Shown: positions 10,039 through 22,000 of the stretch, one piece after another
Layout: every line of letters starts with the position of its first letter
Numbering within the stretch: position 1 is the first letter of the stretch
DNA from: a virus
Lineage: Duplodnaviria; Caudoviricetes
Direction: 5' to 3' (one strand)
IMG/VR virus record: IMGVR_UViG_3300020470_000123
Location: 1-31,500 of that record
DNA length: 31,500 bases
Program-made: the position numbers and the translations under genes
The notes under the pieces: generated by a model
Databases searched by the model: none
What the model saw: the letters and a program-made list of their open reading frames with translations, nothing else
What the model was told of the DNA's origin: nothing

Positions 10039-13000
10039 TTAACTTATTTGAATCCTAATAGCACCAGTATTCCTCAAACCTTTCAGAGAAGATCTAGCAT
10101 AACTTCTTCTTTGAATTGTTGGGAATGTGCTTAATCCAGAGTCAACAGTTAATCCAGTAACACCTATAGAGATTGGTGATTCTGCTCTAGTAGCATTATA
10201 TAATCTACCCCATGATATCTTTCCATAAGTAGTAGTTAAACCAATATTCGTTGGTTCGTCTATATTAACTCCACCAGCGTCATGGAATCCAGTAGCAGCT
10301 AATCCAGTAATAACATCATTTGTATTTTTTATGTTACAAACAATCTCACCATTTTCACCAGATGTATATGCAATTTCAGAAACCTTATAGATGTTATCCA
10401 TAAATCCTGATCCAATTGCAATAATTTCATTGTCATTCTTATCAACAGATGTAGTTGGATCTCCACCTATACCAGCAATGAATCTATTATTATTTGGTTG
10501 AATAGATCCATCATTGAATGGTAAGTATTCAGCATCAGTTTTTGCTCCACCAACAGTAAATGGTGTATCTGAAATATAAACATAATGTCCTGCTTTCAAG
10601 TCAGTTGTTGGTTTATCTGCACGGAAAGCAAATCTTAGTGCCAATGGATGACCATTTGTTCCTGCTGATGTGGAGATACCAGTAATAATACCTGCAAATC
10701 CTTGTACATTCTTTATTTCCAATATCTTTTCAGATCCATAATATGCATCTGGTATCACAACTTGTGGTGGGTTGGAATGAGTATAACCTAAACCAATATT
10801 TGTTATGTTATATCCAGTAATTTTCCCATCAGTTACTGTAGCATTTGCTTCTGCAAAAGTTGAAATTCCAGTAACTGCATACTTATTTCTTTCAGTTGTT
10901 CCAATACCAACTCCAATTGGAGCAGAGATTGATAATGTAATAGCAGCACCAACATATCCATTACCTTCTTCATTAATTACTAATGATTCAATATCACCCT
11001 TATTGCTTACTATTGCAGTAATTGCAGCACCTATAAAGTTAGCAGGTGGTAGTAATAATGCGTCAACAGATTCTATAGAAACTCCATATCTATCTTCTAC
11101 TTTAAGATGTAATGGTGCTTCTTCATAGAAGAATGATTCGGCATCATCTACAAATATTCCATCAGTTTCTGCTGTAGTAGATCCTGTAGTAGATCCTACA
11201 CTTGCAATAATCTTTGCTGTTGGATAAATCTGAGGTTCTAATTGTTCTCTTGCTTTTGAAATTAAATCACCTTTAATCCAGAAATCAGTTTTTTGCTTAG
11301 TCCAATCTAATGGTTTAGCATAAAATTCTGTTATTCCAATACCAGTGTAAACTGTTGTTTCAACTAAATCAGATCCCAATATAGATTTAACTGGTCTATC
11401 TTTTTCTTGAGTCTCTGTAAATGGCTCTACATTTGGATTTAAGAAATCTGGATGTTTAATAAGATGAATATCATCTCCAATTTTTATAGTTTCATTTACA
11501 TCAACTATCTCAATATCAACACCCTCTTCTCCTTTATAGAAGAATACATCAACCTTATCACTTGCCATTGGTGCTTCAGTGAAAGTAAATGTAGTTCCAC
11601 CTTCAAATTGGTATGAAATATTAGGTGTTTGTAAAACTCCATTTACGAATATCAACAATACCGCATTTAAATCTATTTGATCTGATAGTGCAGATTCTTC
11701 ATCAACTTCAAATGATAATAATTGACCATTGAAGAATAATGGGAATCTTCTTCTAGATCCAGTTTGCATCAATGAAATACTATCAATAAAATCTAATTCA
11801 CCGAATTGCCATGCAGAGAAGAAATCACTAAATGTCTCTACAACTTCAAGTTCAAACTCTTGAATTGGTTTCTGTAATCTCTTATCAACAACCAATCCTT
11901 GTGGTTTAAACTTATCACCAATCTTAAATGAATGTCCTGGTCTTGCAATTTCAAATTCTGAAATTTCAAACATACTTCTAGCAATACCAACACTAGTTCT
12001 AGCAGCACCAACTGCCATATTCATAAGAAGATTATTACCAGTATCTGTAGTCTTACCTACACCTAATCTAGAAATACCTACAATAGGAACATTTTCATAA
12101 ATTGGATCTGGCAATTGAATTTCTGGGTTAACATACTTTCCACCAGGATCTTTAATAACTAAATCTAACGCACCGCCTGTTCCTGCAGGTGATTTTCCTA
12201 CCATTATCCTGAAGGTATCAGCAGTTGCTTTTCCTACTGGTAATGATACACCAAACGCAGGGTCAGTTGTTCTTGGATATGAATGTAAAGTCTGATGTAA
12301 ATCATGCTCACAAGTAAACACTAATGAATTTGAAGCAATTGTGACAGTTTCATTAGATTTCTGAATACATCCATTTACTGCTGGTTGTATAAAAGTATGT
12401 GGATATTTTTCTGATGATGGATTTGGATTTACATTAACTGTAAATGTATTAAGTGAAGCATTAGTAATGAATAACCATCTTCCACTAGCATAATCAGTAG
12501 GTCTTGGATAATGATGTCTAGTTACATTTCCATCTTTAGTACAAGTGAATGTTAATGAATTATCTTCAATAAGAATTGTATCAAACTGAGCAAATCCATG
12601 ATTATTTTTAGTAATTGTTAGATCACCTGTTATTTCATTATATGAAACATCTGAAGGTGTTATTGTGGTTGCACCACCAACACCGTGACTAGTTTTTATT
12701 ACTACTAATTCACCAGTTGCTGGATTATACTTAGCATTAGTTGGTGTTAAAACACCACCAGAACCTATAGTAAAACTACCTGCACTAGAACTTACAAATT
12801 TATGTTTATTTGTAGCAACTTTAGCCTCAACTATAGCTCCTCTACCACCTCCACCACCAGTACCAACATTAACAGTGAAACTATTATTAGCAATTCTCTC
12901 AACACCTAATGTTTGTCCTGATGCTGGATCAGTTGTTCTTGGATAAGTATGAGGACTTCTATGACTATCTCTAGAACAAGTAAATGTTAGTGAGTTATCT

Positions 13001-16000
13001 ACAATAGTAACTGTATTAGATGCCTTTAAAATGCCTCCTGGTACCACTGAATCGAACTGATGGGTATAATTTCCACCTGTGCTTATACAATTCGGTACAG
13101 CACTGACAAATGTATGACGAGCAGTGTTTGTAGAGGGTTGAACTGATAATACTTGTACAGTAATAGTAGTATCTGTTACAGATTCAATCTTGATTGCAGT
13201 ATCATTATATGGATCAGAAGATCTTGGATAAGTCTTAGTTGATGTGTTATTATCAACATCACAAGTAAATCCTAAAGAATTGGTTGCAATTTTAATACTT
13301 GTACCTGGTCTTAATGTATGTGATCCGATGTGTAATTCCATCAAACCAGTTACAGGATCATAATCAACATCAGATGGTGTAAATGTTACTGTTGGTGATG
13401 TTCCTACATCAATTTTAAAGGTATTTGTAGTCTTATTCTGAACAGCAACCCATTTTCCACTTATTGGGTCTGAAGGACGAGGATATTTGTGAACAGATCC
13501 ATAATTATCCATTTCACACTTAAGTGCTATAGAATAATCCTTAATTTTAACTAAATCACCATTAACAAATGGATGACCAGCCATTGTAACTGTTATCTTA
13601 CCAGTAGATGCACTATAAGTAACGCTATCTGGAGTGTGTTCTGTTGCTGCCTGTAAATTATGTGTTCCAACAGTCAATACCAATTCACCATTTTCTGAAT
13701 GATAATCAACAGTTGATGGTGTGTATTGTGTTCCTGTATTTGCAGTAACTGAATCATCAGCAGAACTCACAAACTTATGGTCATATAGTATATCGGTAAC
13801 TCCAATAGCAACTGGTTCACGATAACCAGATCCCATAGTTAAATCATTCCAGAATTCATATGCCCATCCACCACCATGATAGATATGTGCTATGGAGGTT
13901 AATCCAACTTGTACTTCAAAACTTCTTTCAGATACAATACCAACTAATTGCAATGCTCTTTCTTTATCCTTTGCATTAGGTCTTTCATCTTGGAATAATG
14001 AAGTTGTAACGCCAACATAATTTAAAGATTGAACACAATCAGGACTTGCTCCAACAAAAGTGTGTGCGTCTGTATTTGTAGGTGATATTCCAAATAAAAC
14101 ATTTACTTTGAAAGTGTCTGTCGTAACATTGGAAATAGTCATATACTTATCAAAAGCAGGATCAGTGCTTCTAGGATATGACTTATTAACCTGTCCACCA
14201 CCACCAAATCCACAACTAAATGTAATTGATTCTTCTTTCAATTTAATAGAATCACCATTTGAAAGACCATGATTAGTAATTTTTATTACCATATCACCAG
14301 TATTAGGATCATATGTTGTACCAGTGATAGGTTGACCAACAGTATATGTTGGACACTTAAATTCTAATCCCTTTAACTTAACAGTATTAGGAGATCCTAA
14401 ACTAAATCCATGTACTTTATTAGTAGTAACCGTAAGAATACCAGTTGTATTATCATATGCAGCAGTTTGAATACCAATAGTAAGACCAGATGAAGTACCT
14501 AAACCAACAATACCATTAATTGACCTATTAGCAAATCTATTTGTATTTTCTACTGATTCAACTTTAACTTTAGCACCAACTAGAGGAGCGTATCCAAGAC
14601 CAGGTGTTGATCCCATAGAAACTATTAGACCACCTCTTGGAAGTTGATTCTGGTTAATATCAAACTCAGATTGCATCATTTGACCATTTTCTGAGCTAAT
14701 ACCAGTGAATACTACACTTGATACACCAACATTAGTATCCTGTTCAAACTCATAGTTATTTCCAGCATTGTTAACTGTTAATGGTGTCTGGAATACTCCA
14801 TTGATGAATAGAATTCCATTACCAATACCAACACCAGTTTCTGTGTTAGCACCACCAACTGTCATAGTATATGTTCTTCCTATTCCAGTAAAATTATCTG
14901 AAATATCATCAAATACCATATTGGTTGTATAATTTTGTCTTAGGAAGGTTCTTCCACTAAATTCTGCTCTTACATATGGAAGATTAGTTTCATTCCTTCT
15001 TTCTCTAGTATTTCCTTTTGGTGGATCTAAGAACCAAGCAGTACTATCAACAATATTAAATGATCCCCTATGAACTCTAGCAGCAGCACCATCTGCATGT
15101 TCTGTTGCTCCAATACCTAAAGATCCTCTTCTTACTTTAACAACAGGTAGAGTGCATATTCCAAGAGCAACATCTTCTGCTTTATTAATAACTCCTTGAG
15201 GAAGACTTGAGAATCCGATTTGCTCAACCTTCATATATTCTGGTCCAACCTTCAACACATCTCTAGGTTGAACAGAACTTATTCCACTGAGAACAAATTG
15301 TGAATTTCCAATACCAATAGCACCATCAAGAGTGTGTTCAATTGCAGTAAATGTAATTGGTTGCTGTACAATTCCATCTAAACCAATAACTGTTTTAGAT
15401 AACTTATTAGTCATCTCAAACTTATGAGCATTACCTTCACCAACTCCAGTTATTTTAACAGGAAGACCTGAAGTGATATATTCTTTTTGAGTATAGAGTT
15501 CTATGTTATTAGAATCAATTGCCTTAACAAATAATGTAGAAGGTAGTATATCAGTAACAACACCAACATTATTAGCAGTTGAACCAATTGAAATTGCAGT
15601 AGATCCAATACCAACAAAAGTAGATCCTGGAATATACTTAATCTCTTCATTATTATTAAAGAAATGATTGGGTATATTAAATCCAGTTTGTTCTAATACT
15701 AAATCTGCAGGATTGAATATCTTACTATAAATTGGAGTTCCTTCAAATGTTAAATCAAAATTAACTTTGTTTGCTCTAGTTCCATTTACACCATCATATG
15801 CAGATAAGATTATACTTTTCTCTAAAGGTCCATATTTTAAGGATAATGGTTCATTTGCAAAATCATTAATAGTATTAAGAACTTCATTGTATGCCTGAAC
15901 TTCAATTAGAGTTGTTTCTGAAGTATCTGGATAGAAATTAAGTTCATTATAGTCACCAACAGTAACAGTTCCAAATGTACCTAAACCACTAGTAGTAGCA

Positions 16001-19000
16001 CCTGTAAATGGATACTGAATAGTTGTTGTATCAGAACCATCTTGAATAGAAACAACCTGATGCATAGCAGAACCACCAGTTTCATTAGATACTCTGACAA
16101 AAGATTTAACTGCAGAATCAATATCTTTATGTGTTCTTGTAACTAATATTGGTGTAGAAGTTCCAGTATGATATGTTGATTCTAATCTACCACTTCTTTC
16201 TGCACCTACAGGTTGACCAGGAACTGAAAATCTATAAGTTCCAATTCCAGCAGTTGTAGTACCTAAACCAACAACATTTGTACTTACATTAATTACTCTC
16301 TTAGTTTGATTTTCACATTCAAAGTAAATTGTTCCAGCATCAAATCTAGCAGTTAGAACTCCAACTTGAGATGAACTATAGCTTATATTTAAAGTATCAA
16401 TATAAGATTCTGTATAGTAAAGATTGGTTCCATCAAAATCAACAATAACTTCACCATAGTTAAGATCTTTAGTAATATCATCCTGTACTACAACAGATGC
16501 ATAGAATCCATTGAAATCAGTATGATCAAATGTTGCTAAAGTTGTTGTAGTAAATCCAGAAACATTATTGTTACTATCAGTATCAGCAATAGCAACTTTA
16601 ACATTAGATGCCTTAAAATCAAGAGATCCTATAGTATCTGTTCCATCAGTAATTCTATTAGTAGTGAAATCTATCTTATAGACTTTAATATCGTGATCTC
16701 TATCATATCTCTCAATAGGATTAAAGTTTAAAGTCTTTCTTTGGAATGAATCGGAAAGTGCTTCAAAATCACCCAATTTATGCTTTGTCCAATCAGTAGT
16801 CTTTTCTACCAAGAAAGCATCATTTGTTGTAGTTAATACAACCATATCGGACAACTGAGCATCCTGTGTGTCTGCATCTACTATCTGTACGAGATATCTT
16901 GCAAAATTACTATCAATTTCTTCAATTTCTGTAAATAAATCTTGTAATCCTTTACTTGAAAACTTACTACTAATATCATCATGAAGAAGAACTCTATTTG
17001 TCTTACATTTTGTATAATCAGTTAATTTTAAATTTTCAAAAGTAACAAATTTAGATTTATTTCCTCTAGTATCATAATCTTTTGCTAAATCAAAATTATT
17101 GATTGTATCAACTCTTCTTTCACCTAAAAGATCAACAACAATAACTGGTACTGATGAAACACTAGTTCCTACACCAACATTTCCAACAACAGTTTCAATT
17201 GATGTATCAGCAAAATTCTTCAGTCCAGATGGATGTACTAATCGGTTTACTGGATCAACAAACTTGTCCCAAGTTATTGGACTCTTAACAGAATATGAAA
17301 GATTTTGGAAATAATCATTATTTGGAACTACCTGAATATCTTCATTTAACTTACCACTATCATCCGTCCATCCATATTCCTGACGATTTGCATAATCAAC
17401 TTCAAATCTTGCTTTATTTTCGACTATAGATGTTATGGTTGCAGAAACATTACTAGTTTCACCTTTTATTCTATATCCAACCTTAAGTCTAAATGTTCCA
17501 TCAATTTTAATAAAATCTTCTCTTGTGTCAGCAATTTTTATATTTTTAGAAATAAATTTATTATTTTCCTCTACAAGTAGTGGTTCATTTATAATAAACT
17601 CTCCTCTTTCTTGAACAGCTTCAAGAATTGGATAATTTTTCTTATTGACAATATTTGCATATCCAGATTGATATGTTTTTGCAATACCTGGATTGGTTGT
17701 TAATCCAGTTATACTATATTTCAATACTGCTGGATCTGAGTTAACAAAATCTTGAACCTTAAAGAATCTAAACTGGTAGTTTGATGAGTTATAACCATCT
17801 CCACCAGTAGCAACACCAGCAGAAACATTACTCTGTGTTCCAATACCTGCTTCACCAAATAATTCAACACCTTCAACAAATACTTCATCTCCAGTTTCAA
17901 ATGGAGCAACTCTAAATCCACCAATAGGTGTTTCTAAGGTACAAGTAACAATACCTGAACCACCACCCTCCATAGAGTTAATTCCAATACCATTTGAATT
18001 ATTAATAGTAATAATTCTATGATTTATTGAACTTAATCCCTGAATTGGTGCAATTACATTAACATTAGATATAGTCTGATATGGCACTTCTGCTAATAAT
18101 GAAGTATCATCAATAATTTCATCCTTCTCAGGATCATATACGATGATATCAGGAGCACTTAGATACTCATTACCACCATCAGTAACAGTTATTGAAACAA
18201 TACTATCTAAATCATCAATTCTAACTACTGGAGAAACAAATGCTTCAGGACTTAATGTTTTATCTGATGAATATTCATATCCATAATCAACAATTCTTAC
18301 ACTATTAATTCTACCTATAGAAGTTGATAATGCTACAATATTAGCATTTTTTCCATTAAGACTAACAATTGATGAGAATTTTGGAAGTTGCTTATAATCA
18401 AATCCTTTTGATATTACTCTAATCTCTTTTATAGGACCAGAAACCGACTTAGATTCTGTGGCATATTCAATTGTATCGCATTGATCTTCTTTATATGATA
18501 GAAGTTCTGGAATTGATCTTGGTGAAACTTTAAATGTATCAGAAGTTATACCAAAAATCTTATAATCTCCACTATAAGCACTATCAACAAAATTAATTTC
18601 TGAATAATTTGGAATTGTAGTGTCTGCTGTACTGATATATCCAGATTTTTCTAATGTATAATACAACCTAGAAGGTGTTGTTTTTGAAAATGCAAGTGAT
18701 ATTGTTGATTCAGTTCCAACACCAACTGTACCTACACCACTTACATTGAAATTATTATTATCCTGAGAACTAATAAATTCATTCTTAAATTCCTTATCAT
18801 AAAATACTTTTAATTCATATCCAAGTAGAGAAGAATCAGAAACATTAAATGTTAACTTAGAATTCTTTATTACATCTATTTGTGGATTAATTGCAGCAAC
18901 TGTATGGTCAACAGCACCAGTAGATGAAATACCAATCAATAATGGTGGATCTACTTGAACATCTTTTAGAGTTTTAGCTACACTAAATTGATCCCTGTTT

Positions 19001-22000
19001 AACTCATAAACAAAGTAACTAGAGGAAATTGGCAACCCACCAACAGAACTTGTATCTTCATCTGCATCATAGAATATTTTATCTCCAGTTTTAAATCCAT
19101 GGCTTGGAACTGTGATACGATTTGTTGTTGTGTCAATTCCTGCAGAAGTAAACCCAACTCTATTAACTAATATAATCTCATGATCTTCATTGTATATCAA
19201 TGAAAGTGGAGCAGTACTTCCTACACCAACAACGGTATTTGGAACTACATTTAAAGAAACTACATCACCATTTGATAAACTATGAGACTCTGTATTTGCA
19301 ATTGCAATATTTGTAGTAACTGTTGATACGATTTTATCAATATCACCAGTAACTTGTTCAAAAGTAGACTCTAAAAGATATTCATAATCATCTGATTCAT
19401 TACCTTTAAAGAATAATCCCTCACTAGTAGTTGCAGCACCAACCTGAGTAACTAAACCAACATAGTTTTGACCTTTATTAATCGCATAAACAATTGAACG
19501 ATCAGTAGTTACATTAGGTAAACTAAAGTTAAGAACTGCTTCCTCAGTATCACCAACAATTAAAGAATTTGCAGTCCCTCTCTTACTAAAGATTAACTTT
19601 TGACCCGTCTTAAATGGATGGTTTGGTAAATATATTGATCTAGTTGGAATAGAAACTTCAGATATAGTATCACCAATTCTATATTCCTTAGTAATACCAC
19701 CACCAACAGTAACACCAGTTCCTACTGCTTGACTTGCATTGAAGTATACTTTATCGTTTATTTTTGATTCAAATTGCTTAGTTTTAACTGGTATGCTGAT
19801 ATGACTATTCAATATATCAATATTAGATCCATAAGTATGTGCAATTCCAGGTCCAAATCTCTTGACTCTAAGGATCGATCCCATATCAAAAATATTCAAT
19901 ACTTTAACTAACTCATTTTGATCTATTTTTAAAGTAGATCCAATAGAAACAGTATCTGGTATAATATTTACATAGATGTCATCAACTCTACCATCAACAA
20001 CTGCATTAGAAGTCATTGATTGTGCTAATCCGATTGTATTAGTACTTACACCAATCTGGAAAGAATCAGTAAGATATACTATAGAACTACTAAGTCCAGA
20101 TACAGATATTGTATCTTTATCATTTAATTCAATAAATGGTAAATAATGTGCTTGTACTTCAGTATTATTCTTCCAAGTAAATACTGCATTCTCATAAGAT
20201 TCTAATTCAGTCTCAATAGAAGAAACTCCTAAACCAACAATACTCTTAACTTGTCCACGAAGACCAGAACCACTAGTTCCAGAATTATCAAAAACGGTAA
20301 AATCTCCAACCTGATATCCAACACCACCATCCAAGACTTCTAATCCGTCAATTTCACCAACAGTTACAGATTCTATTGTACTTAACTGTCTTACACGCTC
20401 ATTAGATTCAACTATAAAGTCATTGTTTGCATCAGGATCACCAACCTTGTATGGGAAAGTGTTTCTAGCAAATGATGTATTATTAAAATCAAATGAATGT
20501 GATAAAGTGGTATTTGATGATATGAAAGGTGAACGATATGTATTACCAATAAAATATGGATACTTGGGTTCTAATTTCCCAATATTTGGACCAGACATTG
20601 CAGTAGTAACACCTGCAAAATATGCATATATTCCATTTGGAAACTCTGGAGTTTTACAGAATCTACCATTATGAACATCAAGATCACCTGAAGAATCGAA
20701 ATAATAATCTTCCGTAAAGAATCCTTCATCAAAAGCATTTGGTCTGTTATTAACTTGTGTCATATCAAGTTTATAACCTGGATTCATTAACCTAACGCCT
20801 GGACCTAATTCATCAGTTTTAGAGAAACCATAAGGACCATATATTGGATTTCCATCATATGCCCATCCTATAATAGGAGAATGTGATGTTCCATCATCAT
20901 TAAATGTATTTGCTATATCTTCATTATATCCATATAAACCAAAATGTAATTCTTCATCATTACCTTCTATACTAAATGTACCAAGTCTCTTTCTATTATC
21001 AACAGTTAACCTTCTAACTCTAGGTTCAAGAAGACCATTAATTCCTGTTGATTTTACATATAATTTTGTTTTGTCAGCACTATAACCAGTACCACCATTA
21101 ATAACTACAACACTAGTTAATTTTCCATCAGTGATAACGGGTCTTAAAATAGCACCATTACCAGTAACACCAGTAGTTGTAATTCCAGTAGCTTCAATTT
21201 CAATTTCTGGTAATGAGAAGTATTCTTTACCTCTATTCAAAACTACAGCATCAACTATCTTACCTTCTACTATAATTGGTTTTATTTCAGCATCTCTTCC
21301 TACTTTTATTTCTACAACAGGATTTTTCTCATGATTTAGAATTGGAGATCCATAATTATCTCCTTCCTCATACAAATATGCCTGAGATATTTCACCTGTA
21401 ACAACAGGAGTGAAATTAAACGATCCTGTAACTGTTGAAGCATAGGAAACCTCACAATTTACAGAAATATCAGGATATTTAAATGTCTGATATCCAATTC
21501 CTGTGCTTGTTAAGTTAACATATTCTCCTCTGTCATAATTTGATTTTGATGGAGTAGTAGCAATTCCTGCATTTGCTAATTTAAAGGAATCATCATCAAT
21601 CTTCATTATATAATAACCAATACCAGTTTCCAATCCACCAATACCAGTACCTGTATTATGATATTCTACTAAATCACCATCACTAAAACCATGATTTTTA
21701 AAGTTTATAGTATCAAATGCTACAGAAACTCCTGATGGTTTTACATTTAATTTTCTATATGTGTATCCAGAACCAGAATTTAATACTTTAACTGACTGTA
21801 ATACATTCTTAGTAGATGTTCTAAACTTATGAATACCACTTGCATTAGTAGCAGTGGACAATCCAATAGTATTGATACCTGTCATTGCATCTTCATAAGA
21901 ATTATAAAGATGAATAGTTCTTGTATTAACAACACTAACATTATATGGAGCACCAGTTGCTAATGTTCCATCTGAAGTATTTGTAGTATCAAATGCAGGA

